This document shows positions 11,705 to 23,430 of a stretch of DNA of 64,000 nt, piece after piece. A program made the position numbers and the translations under genes. The notes below the pieces were generated by a model, which was given only the letters and a program-made list of their open reading frames with translations, made no database searches and was not told the DNA's origin. Position 1 is the first letter of the stretch, and each line of letters opens with the position of its first letter. Origin of the DNA: Azolla caroliniana (taxonomy: Eukaryota > Plantae > Polypodiophyta); NCBI GenBank assembly GCA_043228905.1, contig JBHGNT010000094.1, positions 28,542 through 92,541 on the forward strand, given 5' to 3'.

Positions 11705-14700
11705 TGATAGGGTGTATAAGATAATAGATAGTTATACACTATATGAGGGCTTGACCAAACCGATTAGATGGAGTTGAAAATCATAATATATTATATAGCT
11801 CTAGGTAATTATGATTAGAGAGTATAACTCAAGAAACTAAGAAAAAAGATAGAGAAAGCGAGCAAGAAATAAGAATGTTCTGATATTCCAACATCAAGAG
11901 AATACAAAGGAGACAAACTCCACATTGAACTAAAACCAAAGACCTTCCTCTTCTAAGACACTTCCTCTTCCACAAAGACACTTCTTCCTAACACTCCTCA
12001 TCCACTCTTTGGCCTTCACTCTTCGCCTTCTTCCTCACTAATATCACTTCTTCTTTTATAACCTTCCTCTTCTTATCCACGTTCATGCTATTTTTAGAAG
12101 CTTTTTATCTCCCTATTTTTAGCTATGACACGTCGACCTTCTAATCGTCATATCTCCCTCATCCGATATCCAAATTAAGCGATTTAAAAAGCTATAGAAA
12201 GCTCTTTTTACAAGCTTTCTAATCCATATTTAAACGTGATATTTGGATAAACAACGAGGGAGTTATGACCATTCTATTTTTACTGTTTTTTATAGTCTGC
12301 GTTTTCTCTTTTTACTTTTCTCTTGGTCTCGTACTTTTACTTTTGACTTCTTCCCTAAGCTCTTAGTTCGTGTTCTTATCCTCCAAATGTGAATTATCCA
12401 TACTTTATATCCATCTAGTGTTCAATGGTTTGAATTCAAAAAACACTTTCACATTTAGCTCCCCCCCCCCCCTTGCTTGTTGAGCGAACCATTTATGGTG
12501 AGCCGAAGATAAAAAGAATAAAAAAAAAACTCCTTCGCCTTATGGTAGGCTATAGACAAAGAAGGAGAGAAGAAAAAGAAACAAACTATGTGAGTAAAAC
12601 CCCCGCTAGTCGGTAGGAAAAACCTCACACTCCTAGACACACCCACACACACATTGACAATTCCATCATCATCTTTCTCCTTGTCAACACAAAGAAAGAG
12701 GTTACCACAATCATTATGTCTTCGTTAACTCTCCAAAGACTAGTAGGGCCATGGGATACATCACTCTTGATAGCAGTAAGCATGTCAACATATAAATGAA
12801 TCTTTCGAGCGAGCGCACCTTTTGCACAAATACTTTCAAAGCTTCAAGACTTGTCGGAATTGTCATCTTTGTAATTATGTTAATCTTTGAATCATCCACA
12901 TGAAATCCTTTTTGGCACAACATATTGTCCACACTACCTTGTTTTGTATAAACAACCATTTTATCGACAATCTCATCTCGAGAAGGAAGTGAAAATTCAT
13001 CTCGTTTGGTCGAATCATTCAAGGCTTTGAAATTGATCTCATTCTTCTTTGGAACCAAAACTATAGGTGACACACACCTCAAATCTTCCATCTTATAATT
13101 GGAACTTTCTTGTAACCATGCGTTGAACTCTTGCATAAATTCTTCCTTTTGTTCAACACTCAATTGCCGAAGCTTTGGGGAAATTGATACACTTTCCTTC
13201 AAGTTGATGTGGTATTTGTTGCAAGCTTCTCCTCTTATTCCAAAACACTTGATGAACACATCCTCCACTATGCTTGTGCAATGCACCACTCCACTATCTA
13301 CTACAACCACCCTTGTTGAAGATGACCTACTAATAGGAATTCCTACTTTGTTTACTACAAATTCAGAAATCAAGCTTACCCTAGCACCACTATCACCCAA
13401 GGCATCTTTGATGTGAACCCCTTTGATGGAGACAGGGATGATTGGACGTATGTCCTTTCGATCTTCTACTCGCATGATCCCCACGTAATGCACGGTCTTT
13501 TGACTTTGGCAAATACTCACAAGCCTCCCCCACTCATTTTGTAATGTGGATGATAATTGGAGAAGTTGCGGCCATGTTATCCTTGGTCCACTCGATATCA
13601 ATTCATGCTTCCGATTGAAAGATTCTACACCTTCTCCCATAGGAATATCCTCCATCTTTATCTTCCTTCTAGAGTGTCTCCTTCTCAATTTGTCCTCTTT
13701 CTCATTCTCCTTAGACTTCTTCTTTTGTCTTGAGTCACTAGATTCTCCTTCAACTTCTTTCTCCTTTTGCGAGGCTCTTGTCCTTTTCACAAGAGCTACT
13801 TCACAAGCACTATCACTATCATCAATAAAATTAAGAAGATTCACATTATGAGGAATTGTAGGAACCTGAGTCATTGGAAGTGTTATGGATTCGCCTCCTT
13901 CGACTCCATTGTTGATAGGTCGTTGTCCATTCCGTTGCACTTCATACATGTCTCTTTCCATACCTCTTTGTTGTCGATGAGGACATCTTGTTGAGTGTCC
14001 CTCCTCTTGACAAGAATAACAAATTACACCGTGATGCCCTCTAGAGCCACCACCATCGGGAATAGTGTTGCGAATTGCTTGGGATTGTTGCAAGTGGGCC
14101 ATCACTTCATCAAAGCGCCGATTCACCAACGCCATTGTATCTTGTTCACTCTTCACTTGTTCCACTTCTTGAGATATACTTGTTGGGTTTATTGTTGTGG
14201 TGGTATACACATTTGGAAACACTTGTCCACCATGCACAATTGAAGATAAGGCTTGAAAGTTGGCACGAGGCATCAAATTTGCACCCAAAGCCGTCATTTG
14301 GGGATCCCCCATGGAACTCATCATCTTCACTTGTCGATCATAATCTTGACAAACTTGGAGAAGAGCTTGAAAAGTCGTTGGATCCTTCAAGCTTGCCTCC
14401 AAACGGAAATGTATATCAAGGCCCACCTTAAATTGTTCTATCTTAAACCACTCGTCTTCGGTGCCACCACGAAGACGAATCCACGTCGTCCACAATTCTT
14501 GGAAATTTCGTTCATACTCTAAAAAACCAAAAGGTGATTCCATCTTTAGTTGAAATAGCTCTTCCCTTACTTCGGTTGCACTTCGTCGTTGAATATATTT
14601 GGCACGAAACTGGTGCACCAACAATTGATATGCTCCCTGTTGGTTTGGAGGAAGAGAGTCATACCAATCTCGTGCTCGACCATAGAATGTAGCTACTAAT

Positions 14701-15651
14701 AAAGGTAACTTCTCATTGTCGGTGATGCGTCCAATAGAGACAGCATGATGCTCAAAAGATGCCAAAAAGGCACCCGCATCTTGTGTTCTTTCACCTGAAA
14801 ATGCAAATTGCATAGCTAAGTTAATGTAATATAGTAACACAATTAAATGATAAGTTCTCCCTTCTATACGGAAAGGATCCACCCTCCCTGGAGCGCCAAA
14901 AATGATAGGGTGTATAAGATAATAGATAGTTATACACTATATGAGGGCTTGACCAAACCGATTAGATGGAGTTGAAAATCATAATATATTATATAGCTCT
15001 AGGTAATTATGATTAGAGAGTATAACTCAAGAAACTAAGAAAAAAGATAGAGAAAGCGAGCAAGAAATAAGAATGTTCTGATATTCCAACATCAAGAGAA
15101 TACAAAGGAGACAAACTCCACATTGAACTAAAACCAAAGACCTTCCTCTTCTAAGACACTTCCTCTTCCACAAAGACACTTCTTCCTAACACTCCTCATC
15201 CACTCTTTGGCCTTCACTCTTCGCCTTCTTCCTCACTAATATCACTTCTTCTTTTATAACCTTCCTCTTCTTATCCACGTTCATGCTATTTTTAGAAGCT
15301 TTTTATCTCCCTATTTTTAGCTATGACACGTCGACCTTCTAATCGTCATATCTCCCTCATCCGATATCCAAATTAAGCGATTTAAAAAGCTATAGAAAGC
15401 TCTTTTTACAAGCTTTCTAATCCATATTTAAACGTGATATTTGGATAAACAACGAGGGAGTTATGACCATTCTATTTTTACTGTTTTTTATAGTCTGCGT
15501 TTTCTCTTTTTACTTTTCTCTTGGTCTCGTACTTTTACTTTTGACTTCTTCCCTAAGCTCTTAGTTCGTGTTCTTATCCTCCAAATGTGAATTATCCATA
15601 CTTTATATCCATCTAGTGTTCAATGGTTTGAATTCAAAAAACACTTTCACA
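11705..15651 (-). mobile_element. Non-autonomous gypsy-derived LTR element (TR-GAG-like), very recent
   Basis: 749-bp LTRs at 11705-12453 and 14903-15651 look identical. TSD GTTAG (11700-11704 / 15652-15656). PBS TGGCGCTCCAGGGAGGG (tRNA-Arg-like) and G-run PPT at about 12457-12475. Confidence 0.93.
12714..14882 (-). CDS. gag: Gag-protease-vestigial RT polyprotein (likely start ATG about 14813)
   Basis: Open 722-aa frame: capsid (GRARDWYDSL), knuckle-like CYSCQEEGHSTRC, protease ALGDSGARVSL, RT remnants (SPIVLVPKKN, FKALN...DEFSLP). No YxDD, RNase H or integrase. Confidence 0.85.
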   Translation of the reverse strand: MDPFRIEGRTYHLIVLLYYINLAMQFAFSGERTQDAGAFLASFEHHAVSIGRITDNEKLPLLVATFYGRARDWYDSLPPNQQGAYQLLVHQFRAKYIQRRSATEVREELFQLKMESPFGFLEYERNFQELWTTWIRLRGGTEDEWFKIEQFKVGLDIHFRLEASLKDPTTFQALLQVCQDYDRQVKMMSSMGDPQMTALGANLMPRANFQALSSIVHGGQVFPNVYTTTTINPTSISQEVEQVKSEQDTMALVNRRFDEVMAHLQQSQAIRNTIPDGGGSRGHHGVICYSCQEEGHSTRCPHRQQRGMERDMYEVQRNGQRPINNGVEGGESITLPMTQVPTIPHNVNLLNFIDDSDSACEVALVKRTRASQKEKEVEGESSDSRQKKKSKENEKEDKLRRRHSRRKIKMEDIPMGEGVESFNRKHELISSGPRITWPQLLQLSSTLQNEWGRLVSICQSQKTVHYVGIMRVEDRKDIRPIIPVSIKGVHIKDALGDSGARVSLISEFVVNKVGIPISRSSSTRVVVVDSGVVHCTSIVEDVFIKCFGIRGEACNKYHINLKESVSISPKLRQLSVEQKEEFMQEFNAWLQESSNYKMEDLRCVSPIVLVPKKNEINFKALNDSTKRDEFSLPSRDEIVDKMVVYTKQGSVDNMLCQKGFHVDDSKINIITKMTIPTSLEALKVFVQKVRSLERFIYMLTCLLLSRVMYPMALLVFGELTKT

Positions 15652-16092
15652 GTTAGGATTTCGGTCCCTCCGGATGGGATATGAGTTCCTGGCAACGGAA
15701 GACCCGGTGAGAACTGGATGATGCAGGTCCGGTGTCACCGGATGAAGGGTCATATATGTAAATATGTTCCAGAGAGCCCACTCGGGTTATATTTGTAAAT
15801 AGCCCGAAAGTTATATTAGTATAAATATGACCTAGGGCAAACTCCTGAGGGTGTTGACACTATTTGTTGTATAGAGATATTGAGTGTAACTCTGTACAGT
15901 GTGTGTGTGAGAGAGAGAGAGAGAGATACATATCGATTCTCTATTGTAACTGCCGCCAGGCAAAGATTGTGAGCAAGAGGTTGTTACCTCTGTGTTCACC
16001 TGTTGTATTCCTCTAGACATAGTGATAGTTGGAGTTTGTGGACTCCCGTGGTTTTTCCCATTTAGGGTTTTCCACGTAAACATACTGTGTAC

Positions 16093-16285
16093 TGTCGAAT
16101 ACGAGTGTATAATGGCCGTATTCACACTATCCCTTTGGACAACCCAAGTTTGGGCTATTTCTGTAAATAGCATAAAGGGCAGTTGCCCTACGATAGTCAC
16201 TATATAAAGTGACTTTGTAACCTTTAGTGAAGGTTGGTTGTCATTTGTAACTATTACTATTAAGAAATAAAATGTTTCTTTGTGC

Positions 16286-16333
<48 letters not shown>

Positions 16334-19300
16334 GTATCTTGTTCATTCTCATACACAGGTCCTTCAACATCACAGATGTTGTTTGTTCTTCCGAATTGAC
16401 GACCTTGTCCCCAACATTTGGTATCAGAGCGTTAGAGGTTCTTCAACCCGCTGCTGGCCGTCATAGTACACCACACAACACTTTGTTTTTGTTTTTCTTG
16501 AAGAACATAGAAGAGAGAAAAAAACAAGAAGTCTGCATCTCACTATGTTAAATCACTAATTGGAGTAAGCTGGCCGGTTGTACTCTGTTCCTGTGATTGT
16601 AACCACCTGAGATTGGTCTCCAGGCAACAACCAAATTTGTGCTTCATTCGGTTGATCGACATTCGGGAGGATCAGGTGGATCTGTCCCTCTCATCGCTGC
16701 AGTCATCTGAAGCAGAATCGGACTAAACAATCAGTTTCTTGTGATCGATATTCGGCATACAATTGGAAGCTAACCGTAGTCACTCCAAGACGGTTCAGCA
16801 AACAAGTATCCGAAACCAAACCGACTCGGGTTCAAGACCGACTAGAACGATATCAGGTGAGTCGATCGGCTACACCCAACTAAGGTTCCTAGTCAACTCC
16901 GAACAAAGTCTTACCAACCGAAACCAAATCAGATGGAATCAACATCCAGCTCATCGGAGATGAGTCTAAGGAGGTTCGACGGTTCGAACTTCAACTTCTG
17001 GAAGGAACAAATGCAGGACTATCTCATAGTCAAGGGTCAGATAGACCCGATTGAGAATGAAAATCCTCCAGAAGCATACAAGGCAAACGAGTGGCTAAAG
17101 CTAGACAGAATCGTCTGTGCCACGATTCGGATGCACTTGTCGGAGTCAGTGTACTTCATAGTGCAATGATGCTCGACAGCTTTTGAACTTTGGAAAACAC
17201 TGCCGGAAACTTATGAAAAGAAGGTAGCCGCAACGAAGATGTATCTGATCCAGCGCCTCTACAACTTGCTAATGAAAGAATCTAATTCGGTTCAGGCACA
17301 CCTCAACGAGTACGAAAGCCTAAACTTCCAAATATCGTCTCAGGGGACGGCAATAGAGGATGAACTCAGAGCAATGATACTCATGAGTAGTCTCCCCTCT
17401 TCTTGGGAAACTTTCGTCACAACTGTGTGCGATGCTTCAACAACTGCCATTAAGTACTCCAAAATCACGAGCGCAATCCTGACTGAAGCAACTCGGAGAA
17501 AGTCTTTCGCCAAAGACTCTGCAGATGAAGCTTACATAGTACAAGGTTTGACCGACCGATCGAACAACCGGGGAAGAAGCTCTTCCCGACCGCCGAATAA
17601 TCAGCGAAGCCGGAGCAAGTCCCGGGACAACCGAATCTGCAACTACTGCAACAAACCGGGACACATCAAAGCCGACTTTCGGGCACTTAAAGCAAAAACC
17701 GACAAAGCTCAAAGAGCAGATCAGAAGAGTAGCCGGCATGAGGAGGTCAACTACGTCAGCTGTTCAGCCGAAATTTTGACGACCAACCCGAACATACTGT
17801 CCATAGAGAACCCAGTCGAATCAGAAGTTCTGCTTACGACTAAGGAATCGAGCACATGCCTCCTGGACTCGGGCCATCGTATCATGTGACACCTCACTGA
17901 TCTCAGTTCCGGAAATACTCGGACCGGCACTCCAACTCAGTTCGAGTCGGGAACTCGCAACACTGTGCCATAATCGGAATCGGCACCGTAGAGCTCAACC
18001 TTCCGTGTGGCTCTACACTCATACTGCACAACGTCTGACACGTTCCTGAGCTTTCAAGACCCTTGATCTCAGTTGGAAAACTTGACAAAGCCTGCATCTA
18101 TGCCGAGTTCTCATCAGGAGGATGGACACTCCATAAAGAGAACCTCCTGCTTGCTTGAGGACCAAAGGTACACTCTTTATACCCTTTATATGTCACACTC
18201 AAAGAGGGTGACTTATTTTTTGTTGATATCCCCGTGTCATCGTTATGGCACGGACGACTTGGACACCTCACCAAGGCCGGCATAACGCACCTATCTAGAG
18301 CCGGTTACATCCCCATGCTCTCCTTCTCGGATCACCAATTCTGCGAGCATTGCCAGTACGGCAAACAGGTAGCCGCATCACACCCGACATCAGCACCAAG
18401 AGAATCGAGTCCCCTCGATTTGGTCCACTCACATCAGTCTCTCGGCAGTGCTTCGTACTTCGTCAGTTTTATTGACGCCTCAACTCGGAAGTTGTGGGCT
18501 TACCCCATTAGAACCAAAGATCGGGTGTTCTTGATCTTCTCCGAATGGCTTGCAATGGTCGAAAACCAGACCGGTCAAAAACTAAAATTTCTTCGAACCG
18601 ATAATGGAGGAGAATTCAAGTTTGACGAATTCGTCAAATTTTGCCGGGAACGTGGCATTCGACGTGAATATACGACACCCTATAGTCCAGAGCAGAACAG
18701 AATTGCTAAACGCATGAATCAGACGATTCAAGAACGCATAGTATCCATGCTCCAACACTCCGGACTGTCAGATGGATTTTGGGCGGAGGCTCTACCTACG
18801 GCAATACACATAATAAATATGTCTCCAAGTAGACCTCTAGGATTTAAAATACCTCAGGAAACATGGACCGATAGTAAGCCAAATTATGACAAGCTGAGGA
18901 TCTTCAGCTGCGAGGCGTATGCCCTCATACCGAAAGACGACTGCCGGAAACTCGAACCAAGATCAAGGAAATGCATTTTCCTTGGATATGGACCTAACAG
19001 TGAGATCGGATACCGACTTTGGGATCCCGAGCACAGACAAATCATCCGAAGTTCGGACGTCGTGTTCAACGAGTCGGCTATGCATAAAACAGCCGAAAGG
19101 CCTATTGAAGTCTGAAGGGTAATATTTTCTGAAGTGCCAACCCTTCATGAAGGCCCAGCCCACAGCACGAGATCGGTTTCACGGGTAATCGATACCTCTC
19201 GTCCGGAATCCACCGATTCAGCATAGCCGAATGGCTCGCCTTCCGACCATCCGACACCTATACTCGGTGCGACCAATCCAGTCATACCTCGAAGATCTGA

Positions 19301-21377
19301 GAGACTGTCGCAACCTCCGGAAAGGTACTCTCCTGGAATTTTCTTTACTGACGCCGGCGAACCGACGTCTTACGAAGAAGCATCGGCATCTGCCAACTTA
19401 GCAACTTGGCATCTGGCGATGGAGTCGGAAATGCACTCCATTCGCGCAAACAAGACTTGGGACTTGGTCGAATTACTGAAGAATCGACGTGCTCTTCCGT
19501 GTAAGTGGGTCTATCGACTTAAAAGAGATGTCTGACTCGACCAACCCAAAGTACAAGGCCAGATTAGTTGCGAAGGGATTTCGACCAGAATATGGCGTCG
19601 ACTTCGACGAAATCTTTTCACCAGTGGTGAAAATGACAACCCTTCGTTTCATGCTCAACGTCGTGGCCGCCGACAACTTGGAGCTGATTCAGCTAGATGT
19701 AAAAACGACATTCCTCCACGGTGACCTACAGGAGGAAATCTATATGGAGTAGCCGAAAGGCTTTGTGGCATCCAGCTAGGAACATCTAGTCTGCTGACTC
19801 ATGAAGAGCTTATACAGCCTAAAACAAGCACCCTGATAGTGGTACAAGAAGTTCGACGACTTCATTCAGTCGGTCGGCTTCTCCAAGAGCGATGAGGACC
19901 ATTGTCTCTTCACCAAAACAGCTCAAGTCGGGTCTCCCGTCTTCCTCATCATTTACGTGGACGAAATGCTACTCTCCGGCCAACATGCCGGAGAGCTCAC
20001 CGAACTCGTTCAGAAACTGCGGTTGAAGTTTTCCAAGAAGGACCTCGGTCCGGCAAGACACATACGTGGTATGAAGATTAGTTGGCATCGTGATAAACGA
20101 CAACTTTTCTTGTCTCAAACCAACTACATCGGATTTGTCTTGGAATGCTTCAACATGCACTCGGTCAAGTCTGCTTCAACCCTGCTCCGTATGAAGTCGG
20201 TACCGTATGCACCGGTAGTCGGCTCCCTTATGTATGCGATGGTCGCAACACAGCCTGATATTTCTCACGCCGTAGGAGTTGTCAGCAGATTCATGCACAA
20301 CCCAGGCCGATCGCACTGGAACGCAGTCAAGCATGTGTTTAGATATCTAGCTGGCACAAAAGACCACGACATTCTTTTTGGCCCAAACTCAACCTCAGGC
20401 GTAGTCGATTATACCGACTCGGACTTCGCCGGCTTCGTGGACAGCCAGAAATCAACAACCAGATATTGTTTCAAATTCAGCAATGGAGCAATCTCGTGGA
20501 AGTCGAAACTTCTGGAGTGCACAACCACCTCAACAACCGAAGCGGAATATGTAGCTATGTCCGACGCGGCAAAAGAAGCTTTATGGCTCAGTCGGCTGGC
20601 ACACACGTTTCGACAAGTCAACCTCGACTTGGTTCCAGTTGTCTACAACGACAGTCAGGGTGTTGTTGCTTTGTCAAAAAATCCGGTTCACCACAACGCC
20701 TCCGAGCATATCGATGTTCGATATCACTTTGTTCAGGACTGTGTCGTTTCAGGGAAAATCGGTCTCAAGAAGATATCCACAACTAATAATGTCGCAGATG
20801 GAATGACCAAGTGTCTTTCGGCGGATCGCTTCCAATCCCTTCGGCACCAGATTGACATAACGAAAAATCGGTCCGGTTAAAAAGTCGGACACACAGCACA
20901 GGATGGTTTCGGACAACCGACATCGGTTCTTTGAGGATCGGCTTCAGCTTTTTCGACCCGACCGGTTTAGTCTTCTGTCTTCAAATCTTGCCGACTCGAA
21001 CAAAACCGATCTGTCCGATAAACCTTGTATATACCTGTAATTTAAGATAACCCATTTATACGCCCATTAAGGGGGAGTGTCGAATACGAGTGTATAATGG
21101 CCGTATTCACACTGTCCCTTTGGATAGCCCAAGTTTGGACTATTTCTGTAAATAGCATAAAGAGCAGTTGCCCTAGGATAGTCCCTATATAAAGTGACTT
21201 TGTAACCTTTAGTGAAGGTTGGTTGTCATTTGTAACTGTTGCTATTAAGAAATAAAATGTTTCTTTGTGCCTCTCTCTCTCTCTCTCTCGGTGTGTATCT
21301 TGTTCATTCTCATACACAGGTCCTTCAACATCATAGATGTTGTTTGTTCTTCCGCACTAACGTCCTTGTCCCCAACA
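16093..21377 (+). mobile_element. Full-length decayed Ty1/copia element B
   Basis: LTRs at 16093-16416 and 21078-21377. PBS TGGTATCAGAGC (Met-i) at 16419, PPT AAGGGGGAG. Degenerate TSD (TGTAC / TTAC). Confidence 0.92.
16933..20880 (+). pseudogene. Copia B gag-PR-IN-RT-RH polyprotein with multiple stops and frameshifts
   Basis: FDGSNFNFWK, CNYCNKPGH, LLDSG, WHGRLGH, RTDNGGEF, YKARLVAKG, LDVKTTFLHG, YVDEML, HIDVRYHF. Confidence 0.92.
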
Positions 21378-21504
21378 TTACCCTCTCTCATATTGTCTGT
21401 GTGTACATGTATTCACCTCTATTCCCATTCTCTGTGTTTCGATTCAAAACGACACGATCTGAGACTCAGTTGTGGCTGAGTAATATTCCGCATATTTCTT
21501 GTCA

Positions 21505-22110
21505 CTTATCACTACATATGGTCTGAACCATCTTCTTGCGAACTTTCTTGTTGTACTGTGTTGATTGTCAAGGTTGTTGTCGTAGACCAATACCCAATCT
21601 CCTTCTTCGATCTTCTTGGGATGCAGTCGATGTGTCCTATCGAACCAAATCTTGTTCTTCACTCAAGCTACCTCCATCATCTTTTGCACTTTTTCTAAAT
21701 GTTCAGGCCTTCTTTCAAGTTGTCTTATCCGTGCCGCTAATAATTCTTCTCGGCTCATCTCGTTCTCCCAGGGTATTGTACCCATGAGGCGATCGTCCTT
21801 TCGATAGGCATTACCGGCTTTTGTCCATACATAAGCTCTGTCGGCATATACCCTGCCACTGAACTGTGTGTAGTTCTGTCGGCCCACAAGGCACAGGACA
21901 ATAGTCGTGGCCAGTTCCCGACTCAACCGTTGCATGCTCGTACGATGGCTTTGATGATTGGTCCATGCCCTTGCTCGATCTTACCATTCGCTTCAGGATT
22001 GTAGGCAGTCGTGAGGGAGATCTTCACGCCTAGTCGATCGAAGAGCTCTGTTTTCTTCACGTGCATCCAACTCCCCTCGATTAGCCACTATCTTTCCCAC
22101 ACATCTACAT
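21505..22110 (-). pseudogene. Phygy-like integrase fragment (upstream part of the element whose tail is at 30292)
   Basis: CVGKIVANRGELD, YNPEANGKIE, REELLAARIRQLE, EGDWVLVYD, RWFRPYVVI; homologous to about 8950-9545. Confidence 0.88.
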
Positions 22111-22199
22111 TCATTGCAAGAAACCAAAAAACCTTCAAGGTTAGTACCGTGATATAAAATATACAATGTAGGTCACAAGAGTCGCATTACTAATTCATT

Positions 22200-23160
22200 A
22201 AGCTACACCTAATTCCCATATTACACAACTAGTACTAATCGTGAACAATGAACAACTCACTTAGTTCCCAATTTACACAAGTAGTACTAATCATGAACAA
22301 TGTACTACTAACTTAGTCAAATTACACAAGGAGTACTAATCCTGAACAATGTACCACTCACTTAGTTGCCAAATTACTGAACTAGTACTAATAAGGAACA
22401 GAAGTAGTATAATGAACAATGTACTGCTCACTTAGTTCCCAATTTACACAAGTAGTACTAATCATGCACAATGCACTACTCACTTAGTTCCCAAATTACA
22501 CGAGTACTAATCCTGAACAATGTACTACTCACTTAGTTCCCAAATTACAAAACTAGTACTAATCATGAGCAATGTACTACTCCCTTAGTTCCCAAACTAC
22601 AAAACTAGTACTAATCATGAGCAATATACTACTCACTTAGTTCCCAATTTACAAAACTAGTACTAATCATGAGCAATATACTAGTCACATAGTTCCCAAT
22701 TTATAGAACTAGTACTAATCATGAACAATGTACTACTCGCTAAGTACTAATCGTCAACAATGTACTACAAGTATAGTGTGTACTAACATTAGTACTAGGC
22801 ACGTTGTAATATAGATTGGACTAACATCTAATCCAACAAATGTAGATTGGATTTTAGTACTAACGTGGTATTTTGCACACAAGTAATACTAAACGTGATA
22901 TGTGTTCTACACACCTAATTACATAACTTGTACTAATTACACCAACAGTATTAATCTTGAACAGTATTAGTACTAAACGTGATATGTGTTTGACACACCT
23001 CATTTCCAAGTTACACAAACTGTACTAATATTCAACAATTTACTATACACCTTGTTCCCAAATTACCTAACTAGTACTAATTCCCAAGTTACACAAACAA
23101 TACTAACAGTCAACAGTGTACTACAACTATAGTGTCTACTAAACTAGTACTAGGCAAGTT
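22200..23160. repeat. AGTACT-rich tandem array, ~52-bp unit, probably intronic
   Basis: ACTAG at 22552, 22604, 22656 and 22708. Unit approximately ACTAGTACTAATCATGAACAATGTACTACTCACTTAGTTCCCAAATTACAAA. Confidence 0.85.
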
Positions 23161-23430
23161 GCAATATAGATTGGACGATGTTGTACTTGGTTCCCTTTTA
23201 GTAGTAATTCTGGAAAATATCCCTTCAACTACACATACCAATTATATATTAAGAGTACTGCCAATACTAACCCACATAATTAGGGTTTGACATATTAGTT
23301 GTTAGAGATACACTAATACTAAACCATTGTTCTCCTAAATTTGAAGTATAAATTGTGGCGTACACTAGTTTGAATCCAAATGTAAATTGACATCATATAA
23401 TACAAACAATAGAATAGTAGAGCCACATAC

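Larger units (their letters stand above)
11699..21504 (+). repeat. Copia A 3' LTR, split in three (11699-11704, 15657-16092, 21382-21504) by two nested elements
   Basis: The joined pieces match the reverse complement of the LTR at 29678-30291 (TGTTAGGATTTCGGTCCCTCCGGA...GTCA). Confidence 0.9.

Noticed and set aside
22200-23160. CRISPR-like array
   Set aside because: The units are contiguous degenerate tandem repeats without unique spacers, there are no cas genes, and the context is eukaryotic.
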